From: Bacteriovoracaceae bacterium | Lineage (GTDB): Bacteria; Bdellovibrionota; Bacteriovoracia; Bacteriovoracales; Bacteriovoracaceae | DNA length: 64,000 nucleotides | NCBI GenBank assembly: GCA_023954635.1 | Contig: JAGSHI010000004.1 | Coordinates: forward strand, 1,028-65,027 | Reading direction: 5' to 3' | Shown here: piece after piece, positions 52,637 through 62,495 of the stretch | Numbering within the stretch: the first letter of the stretch is position 1 | How the letters are laid out: each line of letters opens with the position of its first letter | Program-made: the position numbers and the translations under genes | Notes under the pieces: generated by a model | What the model was told of the DNA's origin: nothing | The model's input: the letters and a program-made list of their open reading frames with translations, nothing else | Database searches by the model: none

Positions 52637-53215
52637 ATGAATATATCCCAGTTAAATGGAAATAAATTCTATAAGGCCTTTCTTGTCATTTCGTTTTTAG
52701 TGATAGTTTTTCTCGTTGCAGAGCTAACAGGATTTCGAGAGAAAATCACAATCGATTATATTCGACAGCTTTTTATGGAACATAAATTTATCGGAAGCAT
52801 TGTCTTTATTTCAATTTTTTCTCTCGGAAACCTTCTCTATATACCTGGATGGATATTTCTTGTTGGAGGCGTCCTTGCTGTTGGGAAGTTTTATGGAGGT
52901 TGTCTGGCTTTTGCTGGAGGAATGTCTTCAAGCATTTTGAGCTATGTAGTCGTTGGTTTCGCTGGAAAAGATGCACTAAGAGTTTTAGAAAAACATAAAG
53001 TAGCTAAGAAGTTCTTTGATCATTTAGACGAAAGACCACTTCGTACAATAATTGTATTAAGATTTATTTTCCAAACAGCTCCTTTTCTAAATTATGCTTT
53101 AATTTTATCCAAGGTTAAGTTCAGAGATTTTTTCATTGGAACATTCCTAGGTCTTCCACTTCCGATTACCCTTTACTGCATCTTTTTTGAATACCTCTTT
53201 TCTAAATACCTTTAG
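52637..53215 (+). CDS. TVP38/TMEM64 (DedA-related, SNARE-associated) family membrane protein
   Basis: 192 aa with 5 TM-like segments and family-typical LLYIPGWIFLVGGVLAVG and RFIFQTAPFLNYAL segments. Confidence 0.65.
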   Translation: MNISQLNGNKFYKAFLVISFLVIVFLVAELTGFREKITIDYIRQLFMEHKFIGSIVFISIFSLGNLLYIPGWIFLVGGVLAVGKFYGGCLAFAGGMSSSILSYVVVGFAGKDALRVLEKHKVAKKFFDHLDERPLRTIIVLRFIFQTAPFLNYALILSKVKFRDFFIGTFLGLPLPITLYCIFFEYLFSKYL

Positions 53216-53261
53216 TTTAAGAATTAACACCTTGGAACATATCTAATGTAGAATAGGGAAT

Positions 53262-54281
53262 ATGGCAGAAAACAATAAACAAACAAATTCAGGGCTAGCG
53301 AGTCAAGTCACAATAGAAGGTGTGATTTATTATCATATGCCTATAAATATCGCGATTAAGTATGCCAAAAAAATTACGTCTGGATTCTTTATACCTTTAT
53401 CAGAAACAAAAAGAGTTCGAATTCATCTCGAAGATGGTGATATCTCCGAAAAAATGTTGAATTACCAGTCTAAAGGACTTGAAAGTATTCTACTTGCTGA
53501 AGAAGATTATTATGAGTTTGTTAAAAAAATTAAACATGGACTCATTGGCTTCTTTTTAAATGACACTGACGAGATCAAATATTTAGATATTGAACAGATG
53601 TTAGGCCTTGTTAAGAGAGTAACTCTATATATTGGTCTTGACCCCAAAACGATTGAGTTGAGTGAGGAGATAGCAAGAAAAACTCTTGTACAAATTAAAA
53701 CTGTGTCTATTATTGCAGAGCCCTTAAGAACGTTTCAAAAAGAAAATCAAAATGAATTTCTTAAAAACTTAATGGTGTGTTATTCAGCTATCGGACTAAT
53801 CGAAGCTTTGAATTGGTCTACTCCTCAAATAAAAGAAAAAATTGCTCAAGTATGTTTGTTCTGCGATATCACCCTTACTTCCGAGGACTATACAGAAATG
53901 ATATTAGTTGGGAATGATGTGAGTAAATTTTCAAAACGAATTCTTGATCATCCAATTACTGCCTCAAATTTAGTTGGTAAAACTAGAAATGCTGTGAGCA
54001 ATGAAGCTGCTTTGGCCATTCGTCAACACCATGAACTCCCTGATGGATCAGGTTATCCGAAGGGGATTAAGGGTTTAACCATAAATCAACTTTCTGCAGT
54101 TCAAATCATAGCAAGAACATTTATTGATGCTCTTGTCGAATCTGACTTTGCTTATGAAGATAGGAAGTCTTTTATAAAAAGTATGTTAGAGAAGTTTAAT
54201 TACCCTAACTTTGCTCAACCTTGTAAGGCCTTGTATATTTTGATGGGTTTAGAGCCAGAAACTCATAAAAAAGAGTATTGA
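53262..54281 (+). CDS. HD-GYP domain protein (putative c-di-GMP phosphodiesterase), non-REC N-terminal domain
   Basis: IRQHHELPDGSGYPKGIKG is the HD-GYP signature, with an upstream HD-type helical bundle. Confidence 0.85.
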   Translation: MAENNKQTNSGLASQVTIEGVIYYHMPINIAIKYAKKITSGFFIPLSETKRVRIHLEDGDISEKMLNYQSKGLESILLAEEDYYEFVKKIKHGLIGFFLNDTDEIKYLDIEQMLGLVKRVTLYIGLDPKTIELSEEIARKTLVQIKTVSIIAEPLRTFQKENQNEFLKNLMVCYSAIGLIEALNWSTPQIKEKIAQVCLFCDITLTSEDYTEMILVGNDVSKFSKRILDHPITASNLVGKTRNAVSNEAALAIRQHHELPDGSGYPKGIKGLTINQLSAVQIIARTFIDALVESDFAYEDRKSFIKSMLEKFNYPNFAQPCKALYILMGLEPETHKKEY

Positions 54282-54814
54282 TCCTTGGGTCATTTTTGAT
54301 CAGTTTTCCGAGTAGCCATTATTTGTTAGAATTACTCATGGTTAACAAAATATCTAAAATATCTGTCTTGTTTACTCTATTACTGTTTGCAAGAGTAACG
54401 TATGGATTGACCCGTATTCAGCCTACCTTAGGTAAGGTTGGGGATATTATATATTCAAATTCACCTACAGACTTAAAGAAAATTGATACTATTAATGATC
54501 AAGTTAGCTTCACTCAGGTTTTGCTTTTAAAGAATGACTCTATAGAACAAACTCACGATCTTGTTTTAGAAAATGCTAGGCTACTTGTATACGATAAAGT
54601 GATGCCAGTTCTCTGTCAGCATGCCTCAGAATCAAAAACGTCATTTCCAATTTCTCCTGGAAGTTATTTAAAAATAAAATGTCTGGTACAAGTTAAGTCT
54701 GGAGATGATGCTAGGTTTAAAACCCAAGATGCTATTGCCACGTTACGAATCCCACTTGGAGAGAGTGGAGCGATTCGAATCCCTATTCGAATAAGAATTG
54801 GAGATTTCAAATGA
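54278..54814 (+). CDS. hypothetical secreted protein (start TTG 54278 or ATG 54338)
   Basis: Signal-like KISVLFTLLLFARVTYG followed by beta-rich sequence. No family recognised. Confidence 0.45.
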   Translation: MILGSFLISFPSSHYLLELLMVNKISKISVLFTLLLFARVTYGLTRIQPTLGKVGDIIYSNSPTDLKKIDTINDQVSFTQVLLLKNDSIEQTHDLVLENARLLVYDKVMPVLCQHASESKTSFPISPGSYLKIKCLVQVKSGDDARFKTQDAIATLRIPLGESGAIRIPIRIRIGDFK

Positions 54815-55911
54815 AAAGTATGCTTCTCTCTACTATTTTATTCGTATTATGTTTAAACAACTCTCACGGTGAAGAAAGTCCTCATATTTTAAATAGAGTG
54901 TACTCAGGAATGACTAAAAATAGTTTAAACCTCTATAGTAAAAGATATGAGTTTAGAGGTTGGAAGCAAAAAGATTCAGGCTCAACAACTCAACTAGAAT
55001 CTAATTGTGGAGTCGTAACGGAATTCAAACTATTAAATTATCATAGAAGATCTGGTGTTTATATTTCTATTTATAACTCATCAGGTGAAGATTTCTTCTA
55101 TGACATTCAGAAAATACGTATGAACTTTGGAGATGGGAAAAGTAGAATTCCCCTTCTCAAAGGTAATCACCATGTCGTTGAGGTAAAAGATCATTGGATG
55201 TTAAGGGCCTACGCAAAGTTTGTTGATCAATCAGACTTTAAAGGTCAAACAGAATTAGAAGTTGTCGTTCCTCTATTAAATAAAAAGGGAGATGTAACTT
55301 GTGAAGTAAAAACAAAGTACGTAAGAGATGAGAAGGTTATTGAGAGAGTTGAAGATTACCTTGTCCTTCCAAAACTAGAGTTTGGTGTACTGGTCGGAGT
55401 TAACCTCACATCTTCAAGCTCTATTGATCAAGTCTTCAAAAAAAATGGTTCTTCATATTCAGTTGAGCTTGCCTTTTATCCACATTCATTTCATGGTTTT
55501 TTCCTAGGTTTTTCCGGAGATGAAGAATCTAATCATTTAAACACTAGTCTAGGATCTCGACTTGATGATCGGGGAGAAACAGATATTCAAACAAATCAAT
55601 ATGTTGTTGGTTATCGGCAAAGGCGAAATATTACAGATCATTTTTGGCTTGTCTATTCTCTTGGTTGGCAATATGTTTCCCTCGAAGACTGGAATATAGA
55701 TATTGGAAACTACAAAAGAGATGTTCATCGTATGGATACTGCTATTCAAAGATTAGGACTTCGCTACATTCCAAATTTAAATTCCTCAAAAATCGTTTAC
55801 TCGATTACATTTGGTCTCAACCAAACTATTATCCCTACAACACGTATTGCTGATCAGAAAATAAAAGGCCATAGAGTGAATGCCTTTGGCGAATTCACCT
55901 TTGGTTGGTAA
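54811..55911 (+). CDS. hypothetical outer-membrane beta-barrel-like protein
   Basis: ATG overlaps the upstream stop (ATGA) with a GGAGA RBS. Signal peptide. The C-terminal half alternates in polarity and ends ...GEFTFGW. Confidence 0.45.
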   Translation: MKSMLLSTILFVLCLNNSHGEESPHILNRVYSGMTKNSLNLYSKRYEFRGWKQKDSGSTTQLESNCGVVTEFKLLNYHRRSGVYISIYNSSGEDFFYDIQKIRMNFGDGKSRIPLLKGNHHVVEVKDHWMLRAYAKFVDQSDFKGQTELEVVVPLLNKKGDVTCEVKTKYVRDEKVIERVEDYLVLPKLEFGVLVGVNLTSSSSIDQVFKKNGSSYSVELAFYPHSFHGFFLGFSGDEESNHLNTSLGSRLDDRGETDIQTNQYVVGYRQRRNITDHFWLVYSLGWQYVSLEDWNIDIGNYKRDVHRMDTAIQRLGLRYIPNLNSSKIVYSITFGLNQTIIPTTRIADQKIKGHRVNAFGEFTFGW

Positions 55912-55914
55912 ACC

Positions 55915-56592
55915 TTATTTTTCCCAAGTATAAATTGTTTTCAAGTCAGAATCTTCGTACTGAGATTTAGGACTAACTGTTCTTCTCTCCCAAGGAATAC
56001 TCGGAGAACCTGGAATAGCCCAATGAAAGAACCAAAATTTAAAGAACTTTATGGCCTCCTCTCTTCTTTGAGGATCTTCATGTGTATCTAGAATATCTTG
56101 AAACGTTTCAATTTTACCAACTTCAATACCAAGTGCTTCTTTGTATATTTCCCAAACAAACTTGGAGCAAAATTGCTTCGAGGAATCAAGTTTAAATCCA
56201 AGGTGGTAATAAACCCCTAATCTCTTTTTACTAGACACTCTCAAATCTAGGAGATCCCTTGAATTCAACGCAATCCCTCGAAGTCTTGAGACAGCAACCT
56301 TGCCTTTTGCTCGATCCACAAATTTGCAAAAACTGGTGTCTTTAGAAAATGGGTAAGTACTTTCAGATACAAATAATTCATCATTATCATTTTTTAAAAC
56401 CATACCAACATGTGTCGCCCAGTGGTTCATCGCCTTTTCGACTTTTTCATAAAAGGCGTGTCCCGGAAGGGAAATAAACAAAATATCCCCAGACTTTGCG
56501 ATTTTTTTTATATGCTCGCAGGAGCCCAATGTTTGCGCATTGATTTGAGGAATAAATAAGAGACAAGTAAGTATTAATGTTAATTTTTTCAT
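55915..56592 (-). CDS. secreted YiiX-like permuted papain/NlpC-P60-fold protein, tentative
   Basis: Signal peptide. GDILFISLPG...WATHVGMV...C-S-K-F-V pattern resembles the YiiX/DUF830 family. Confidence 0.45.
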   Translation of the reverse strand: MKKLTLILTCLLFIPQINAQTLGSCEHIKKIAKSGDILFISLPGHAFYEKVEKAMNHWATHVGMVLKNDNDELFVSESTYPFSKDTSFCKFVDRAKGKVAVSRLRGIALNSRDLLDLRVSSKKRLGVYYHLGFKLDSSKQFCSKFVWEIYKEALGIEVGKIETFQDILDTHEDPQRREEAIKFFKFWFFHWAIPGSPSIPWERRTVSPKSQYEDSDLKTIYTWEK

Positions 56593-56671
56593 GTGTGCAC
56601 TGTAGCAATAAGTTCTCAGTTCGCAAGCAGGTCTGTAATATCTAAAATAAGTAAGTATTTGGTCGGGAGCG

Positions 56672-57301
56672 TTGGGAGCAATTGTGGATCAAGAATTAAT
56701 TCAAACATTTAAAAAGCATTACAGCCATGGTGACCCTAGTCATGATTGGCTTCACATAGAAAGAGTTGTTCGAACTTGTAAAGAATTAGCAAACGAATTA
56801 GGGGCCAACTTAAAAACCCTTCTACCTGCTGCTTACCTTCATGACGTTATAAATATTCCTAAAGATAGTGAGCTAAGATCTAAGGCCGCTGGACTTGCCG
56901 CTAACAAGGCCTCTGAATTGTTAAAAGATAGTGATCTCACTGATGAGGAAATTCAAGAAATTACAACAATCATATTAGAGCATTCCTATAGCGCAAATTT
57001 AAAACCTAGTTCTCTTGAGTCTCAAATTCTTCAAGATGCTGACAAGCTAGATGGGATGGGAGCTATCGGTGTAATGAGATGGACAACTTGTGGCGCAAAA
57101 ATGAAGTCTACTTATTATCATGCCAATGATCCTTGGGGAGAAGATCGGGAATTAGATGACAAGAGCTATTCATTAGATCACTTTGAGAAAAAACTTTTAA
57201 ACCTTTACGGTAGGCTTAATACAGCGCCAGCAAAAATAGAGGGTGAAAAAAGAATGGCCTTCTTTGAATCATTTCTATCTCAATTGAAATCAGAAATTTA
57301 A
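56672..57301 (+). CDS. HD-domain phosphohydrolase
   Basis: HDWLHIERV ... YLHDV ... LQDADKLD are HD superfamily motifs. Confidence 0.8.
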   Translation: MGAIVDQELIQTFKKHYSHGDPSHDWLHIERVVRTCKELANELGANLKTLLPAAYLHDVINIPKDSELRSKAAGLAANKASELLKDSDLTDEEIQEITTIILEHSYSANLKPSSLESQILQDADKLDGMGAIGVMRWTTCGAKMKSTYYHANDPWGEDRELDDKSYSLDHFEKKLLNLYGRLNTAPAKIEGEKRMAFFESFLSQLKSEI

Positions 57302-57455
57302 GACAACTTCATCGCGGGACCAAGGTAAACTATTAAAAATAGATACGATACCGCCTGTCCTGTTGCGTTAGTTTCTCTTTTACTATTATAGTTCTGGACG
57401 AAGACAATCGGGCATCGTTTAATTTCTTTGTATCATTTTATTTGAGGAGAAATTA

Positions 57456-57998
57456 ATGAGAATCACATTATTAACATTACTTTTAACACTTTCATTTAAT
57501 GCTCATTCCTTTACTTTAACCTCAAATAATATTCATAAGTTTTCAAACTCAACTGTTTTAATCAATATCAACGATAAAAATTGTCTCCAAGAATCTAAAG
57601 ATATTTTAAAGCTCGCAGTTGAAGCCACAAATATCTATTGGAATAAAATATCACTTACAAAGATCAACTTTGTAAAAGGTGTGAGAACGAGAGACACTCA
57701 TAATGAATCAATTCTTATTACTTGTGAGACTCTTCATACAGATGACATAACCTTCGCTTCAATTGAGGGAGAAAATCACTTTATTAAAATTAACTCTGAA
57801 AAAATGCATGTCTTTCTTGGATTATCTAAAGATGAAAAATTAACTCTCATTGGACATGCTTTTGGTCACGCTATTGGTTTAGGCCACTCACAGGACTCTA
57901 ACTCTCTTATGAGTCCTTTTATTGAAAATGGTCCTCGAAAGCTTAGAAGACTTTCTTATGATGATATTGATGGAATGCTTTACCTTTACGGAAAATAG
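57456..57998 (+). CDS. secreted matrixin (M10)-like protein with HAxxHxxGxxH (catalytic Glu replaced by Ala)
   Basis: Signal peptide. GHAFGHAIGLGHSQDSNSLMSP has three His ligands, a conserved Gly and a Met-turn. Codon 57858..57860 is GCT (Ala) where Glu is expected. Confidence 0.7.
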   Translation: MRITLLTLLLTLSFNAHSFTLTSNNIHKFSNSTVLININDKNCLQESKDILKLAVEATNIYWNKISLTKINFVKGVRTRDTHNESILITCETLHTDDITFASIEGENHFIKINSEKMHVFLGLSKDEKLTLIGHAFGHAIGLGHSQDSNSLMSPFIENGPRKLRRLSYDDIDGMLYLYGK

Positions 57999-58008
57999 AT
58001 AACTTAAA

Positions 58009-58695
58009 ATGTTAAACAACCAATGCCCGTGGGACCAATACGAACCCGCAACAAGACATTTCTGTGAAGCTGAACTTTGTCAGTGGATTACTAAGCCAGC
58101 GGAGAGTTGGTCTAATATTGGCTTTGTTCTCATTGGGGCCTACCTCATTCATAAGGCAAGTAAATCAAATCGAAAGAACCTTTCTCTTGTTGGGATTTGC
58201 TCAATCTTAGTCGGTATAGGTTCATTTATTTTCCATGCTACTGCTACTCGGTGGGGTCAAGTTCTCGATGTTTCAGCTATGATGTGGCTTCTCTCTCTGC
58301 CATTAGTTTTAAATGGTGCCCGCTTAAAAGTCCTCAAGGACTCTCAAGTTAAAATGGCTTACGCATTGTTTAGCTTACTTTCAACTGTCTTTATTACTTT
58401 CTTTACTAAATGGGGTATCGCATACTTCGGTGTTTTTGTAGCAGTTGGAGTTTTTTCAGAATTAAAACTATTTCTAAATAAAGCGAACAAAGTAAATTAT
58501 AAACCCTATATAAAGTTGCTTGTTACTTTCTTTGTTGCTCTTGGCATTTGGATTACCGATACTTTTAAAATAATTTGTGATCCAAACAATCATATCTTTA
58601 ATGGACATGCAGCTTGGCATTTACTTTGTGCTTTGGCAGTTTATTATATTTATGAATTTTACTCTCAGTTCCCTGAGAACAAACTGGAGAGTTAA
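58009..58695 (+). CDS. alkaline-ceramidase-like 7-TM family protein
   Basis: N-terminal FCEAELCQWITKPAESWSNIGFVLIG and C-terminal GHAAWHLLCALAVYY resemble the ceramidase family pattern. Confidence 0.55.
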   Translation: MLNNQCPWDQYEPATRHFCEAELCQWITKPAESWSNIGFVLIGAYLIHKASKSNRKNLSLVGICSILVGIGSFIFHATATRWGQVLDVSAMMWLLSLPLVLNGARLKVLKDSQVKMAYALFSLLSTVFITFFTKWGIAYFGVFVAVGVFSELKLFLNKANKVNYKPYIKLLVTFFVALGIWITDTFKIICDPNNHIFNGHAAWHLLCALAVYYIYEFYSQFPENKLES

Positions 58696-58696
58696 A

Positions 58697-59584
58697 TTGG
58701 GGCACAACCATTCTCATCACCATCATAGTGGGAGCAAAAATATATTAGTGGCCTTTTTCTTGAACGCTGGCTTTGCAGTGATCGAGTTTATTGGTGGATA
58801 TCTAACCAATAGTGTGGCTATTTATTCCGATGCTCTCCATGATCTCGGAGATAGTATAGCTCTACTTTTTTCTTGGTATTCAGAGAAGATAAGTCACAAA
58901 GACCCCGACGAAAAGTTTACTTATGGTTATAGACGCTTTTCAGTTCTCTCAGCATTTATCAATGGCTTTATTCTTTTAGGCGGGAGTTTCTTTGTCCTCT
59001 ATGAAGCCGTTAAACGACTTAGTTCTCCTGAGCCTGTTGTTCCCGAAGGAATGTTAGTCCTCGCTATTCTAGGAGTTCTGGTTAACTCCATTGCTGCTTG
59101 GAGGCTTTCTAAAGATGATGGAATCAATCAGCGAATGGTTATGTTTCATTTGATGGAAGATATTCTTGGTTGGGTTGCTGTATTGATTGTGAGTATCATT
59201 CTTCTCTTTAAACCTTGGTATATTCTGGATTCAATTCTTTCTATTCTGATCTCATTGATTATTCTAAGAGGTGTTTATAAAAATATGCTCACAGTAGGCG
59301 CGATCTTTTTACAGAAATTCCCTGAATCTTTAGAGATGGATCAAATTAAAGAAGCTATTTGCTCACTCGAATTAGTACAAAGTGTTCATGCTGTTAAGGG
59401 ATGGTCTATAGATGAAGAGCATTCATACCTCGGGTTTCATGTAACGGTTCCAAAAGTTACTCAGATGGGTCAAATCGATGATATCAAAACTAAAGTAAAG
59501 GCCATTCTTCACGATCATAAAGTTTTTTATTCGACTATTGAGTTTGAGAGTTCGGATGATTATGAGTGCATTGAACACAAATAG
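58697..59584 (+). CDS. cation diffusion facilitator (CzcD/ZitB-type) transporter; proposed TTG start
   Basis: CDF signature SVAIYSDALHDLGD and HLMEDILGW. His-rich N-terminus GHNHSHHHHSG. TTG 58697 has a GGAGAG RBS 6 nt upstream and gives a 295-aa product. The ORF-track start 58577 would overlap the previous gene by 119 nt. Confidence 0.85.
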   Translation: MGHNHSHHHHSGSKNILVAFFLNAGFAVIEFIGGYLTNSVAIYSDALHDLGDSIALLFSWYSEKISHKDPDEKFTYGYRRFSVLSAFINGFILLGGSFFVLYEAVKRLSSPEPVVPEGMLVLAILGVLVNSIAAWRLSKDDGINQRMVMFHLMEDILGWVAVLIVSIILLFKPWYILDSILSILISLIILRGVYKNMLTVGAIFLQKFPESLEMDQIKEAICSLELVQSVHAVKGWSIDEEHSYLGFHVTVPKVTQMGQIDDIKTKVKAILHDHKVFYSTIEFESSDDYECIEHK

Positions 59585-59587
59585 TTT

Positions 59588-60265
59588 TTAGAAATCATTG
59601 GTGTTAGGGTAAATAGTTCTTTGGCATTTTGATTTTTGACTTTGAAAAACTTTGAACTTGCCTTTATTCAATCTCTTCATTGCTTCTTTTTTTAAAGTCT
59701 CATTACTAACAACAAACTTTGACTTAATGCTACTCCAAGACAAAATATTAACAGGACGCTTCTTGTAACTTTTCATAAAATCCAGTGCCACTGAATTATT
59801 ATAAAGATCCATTTTTGAAGCTGAGTCTAAACTCGTCGATTGGTCACGATACTCTTGAAGATAACCAATTTGTTTGGCCTGCTCGACACCTAAGTATTGG
59901 GCCATAAGTGAAACCCAGATAAAATGTCTAACGGCATCAACTTCATCACCACTCCGTCTGCCAGCCTTTGGCGACAGACCACAAAATTCTCTGGAGAGTT
60001 TTTCTGCTTGATAATGAGCAAAGGCCATCACCGCGCTGGCCGATTTATTTTTAGAAAAATGTTCCAACATATACTCAGTCATTTTTCCCTTGCTCATTTT
60101 ATTGAGGATTTTTGACCAAGTAGAATCTAATTCTTCTAATTTTGAGATATCGGGTAGCCCTAAAATTGTTTGGCAATAATCTTCAATGATTAGATTAATA
60201 TCATTGGAACTGACCGGATTAGTCAGGAATAACATGAATAGAATTAAGATCACTCGTTTACTCAC
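59588..60265 (-). CDS. hypothetical secreted protein
   Basis: Signal peptide MSKRVILILFMLFLTNPVSS. No family recognised. Confidence 0.45.
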   Translation of the reverse strand: MSKRVILILFMLFLTNPVSSNDINLIIEDYCQTILGLPDISKLEELDSTWSKILNKMSKGKMTEYMLEHFSKNKSASAVMAFAHYQAEKLSREFCGLSPKAGRRSGDEVDAVRHFIWVSLMAQYLGVEQAKQIGYLQEYRDQSTSLDSASKMDLYNNSVALDFMKSYKKRPVNILSWSSIKSKFVVSNETLKKEAMKRLNKGKFKVFQSQKSKCQRTIYPNTNDF

Positions 60266-60313
60266 ACTTTCTTATCGGAATTAATGATGTAAAATATGAA
60301 CCTCGGAGGATCT

Positions 60314-60739
60314 ATGGACGATTGCATATTTTGTAAAATTTTAAGAGGTGAAATTGAGGCGACTTTTGTTCATAAAGGCGAAAAGGCCTCTGCTATTATG
60401 GATTTGTTTCCCCTTAATCAAGGTCACGTCCTCGTCATTCCAAACGATCACTCACAGTGGTTTTCAGATATTGATCCTGAGACAGTCGGAGAAATGTTTA
60501 AATTAGGACAAAGAGTTTTGAAGGCCATCAAAAAATCAGACATCAAAAGTGATGCTGCTAATCTTTTTCTTTCGGATGGAAAAATTGCAGGCCAAGAAGT
60601 GATGCACTCTCATCTTCATATCGCCCCCAGATTTAAAGAAGATGGTTACCGAATGGGATTTTCTGGAGGAAGTCCTTCTGAAAGAACCAGAGAAAAGCTG
60701 ACTGAAACGGCCGAGATTATTAAGCAGAATTTGCTTTAA
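60314..60739 (+). CDS. HIT-family (histidine triad) hydrolase
   Basis: ATG 60314 with GGAGG RBS. CIFCKI N-terminus and the histidine triad HSHLHI. Confidence 0.88.
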   Translation: MDDCIFCKILRGEIEATFVHKGEKASAIMDLFPLNQGHVLVIPNDHSQWFSDIDPETVGEMFKLGQRVLKAIKKSDIKSDAANLFLSDGKIAGQEVMHSHLHIAPRFKEDGYRMGFSGGSPSERTREKLTETAEIIKQNLL

Positions 60740-60980
60740 CTTCGACGATTTTCATCATCTCCTAGTAGTCTTATCAATCTAATAATTAGATAGTTCCTAT
60801 TCATTAATGTTATGCAATATAGTTGCTTCGCAGGTAAAGTTCCGCATATTCACGGTTTGTCGACTTTTTGACGTTAGGCTTCATCTTACGAGTGAATGCG
60901 GTGCGTTTGACACGAACAAAAATGGACTGATAATCCTTTCTAACTTATAAATTTTATTTAAAAAACTTACGGGAGTTATC

Positions 60981-62474
60981 ATGACTAAGACGATCCAAAA
61001 CTATATCAATGGTCAGTTCGTAGATTCTACTTCAACTGATATTACACCAATTCATAATCCAGCTACAGATGAGGTTTTGGCCAACACTCCACTTGGAACA
61101 TATAAAGATGTCGACTCAGCAGTTGCTTGTGCCAAAGAGGCCTTCAAGACTTGGAAGAAAACTCCAACAGTTGATCGTATTCAACCACTATTCAAATTAA
61201 AAACATTACTTGAAGAACACAAAAAAGAAATCGCCACTTTAATTGTTAAAGAACATGGAAAAACTTTGAAAGAGGCCATGGGTGATATTCTTCGTGGAAT
61301 TCAAATGGTTGAAGTGGCCTGTGGAATGCCAGCTCTAATGATGGGTGAGAACGCAACAAATATTGCTGCAGGAATAGATGCTTCAACAGAAAGACGTCCA
61401 ATGGGTGTTTTTGCTGGGATCACTCCTTTTAACTTTCCTGCCATGGTTCCATTTTGGTTTTGGCCATTCGCTGTTGCCACAGGAAACACATACGTACTTA
61501 AGCCAAGTGAAAGAGTTCCTCTAACACAAATGAGAATTTTTGAATTGATCAATGAGTGTGGTTTTCCAAAAGGTGTTATCAATATGGTTCACGGTGGAAA
61601 AGATGTTGTGAACGGTCTTTGTGATCATGCTGACGTTGAGGGTGTAAACTTTGTAGGAAGTACTCCAATTGCTAAGCATGTTTATACAAGAGGTTCAGCA
61701 ACAGGAAAACGTGTTCAAGCACTCGGTGGAGCTAAAAACTTTATGGTTATTCTTCCTGATGCTTCTATGGAGCAATCAGTAAAGGCGATGGTTGATTCTT
61801 GTTATGGTTGTGCTGGTGAAAGATGTCTTGCCGGATCAATTTTAGTTGGTGTTGGTGATGCATACGGACAACTTAAAGAACAAGTTCTTAATGAAATTAA
61901 AAATGTAAAAGTTGGAGACGGACTTAACCCTGAAACAACTCTTGGACCTGTTATTTCAAAGGCCGCCAAAGATAGAATTACAACTGATATTCAAACGGCA
62001 ATAGACGAGGGAGCAGAGCTTCTAGTCGATGGAAGAAACCCTGAAGGCGTTGATGCTAACGGTTATTTCTTAGGAGCAACTGTCCTTGATAAAATTAAGC
62101 CTGGTACAACAATGGCGACTAAAGAAATCTTTGGTCCAGTTATTGGTCTTATGCAAGTCGCTACAATGGACGAAGCGATTGAACTTCTAAACAGTTCAAA
62201 TTATGCTAATACAACTTCACTTTTCACTACCAATGGCGGAGCGGCCAGAAAGTTTATTCAGGAAGTAACTCCTTCAATGGTTGGAGTTAACATCGGTGTT
62301 CCTGCACCAATGGCCTTCTTCTCATTTGGTGGTTCAAAGGATTCATTCTTTGGAGATATTAAAGTTCACGGGAACTCTTCAGTTGAATTCTTTACAGAGA
62401 AGCACACAGCGATGATCCGTTGGTATGAAGAAGGAACTGAAGCTGCAGTTTGTCCAATTTGGAAAGAAAACTAA
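60981..62474 (+). CDS. mmsA: CoA-acylating methylmalonate/malonate-semialdehyde dehydrogenase
   Basis: ALDH fold with the MmsA-typical catalytic context GERCLA, NFP..VPFW segment and C-terminal FFTEKHTAMIRW. Confidence 0.88.
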   Translation: MTKTIQNYINGQFVDSTSTDITPIHNPATDEVLANTPLGTYKDVDSAVACAKEAFKTWKKTPTVDRIQPLFKLKTLLEEHKKEIATLIVKEHGKTLKEAMGDILRGIQMVEVACGMPALMMGENATNIAAGIDASTERRPMGVFAGITPFNFPAMVPFWFWPFAVATGNTYVLKPSERVPLTQMRIFELINECGFPKGVINMVHGGKDVVNGLCDHADVEGVNFVGSTPIAKHVYTRGSATGKRVQALGGAKNFMVILPDASMEQSVKAMVDSCYGCAGERCLAGSILVGVGDAYGQLKEQVLNEIKNVKVGDGLNPETTLGPVISKAAKDRITTDIQTAIDEGAELLVDGRNPEGVDANGYFLGATVLDKIKPGTTMATKEIFGPVIGLMQVATMDEAIELLNSSNYANTTSLFTTNGGAARKFIQEVTPSMVGVNIGVPAPMAFFSFGGSKDSFFGDIKVHGNSSVEFFTEKHTAMIRWYEEGTEAAVCPIWKEN

Positions 62475-62495
62475 ACCAATTACGGGGGTAATATA

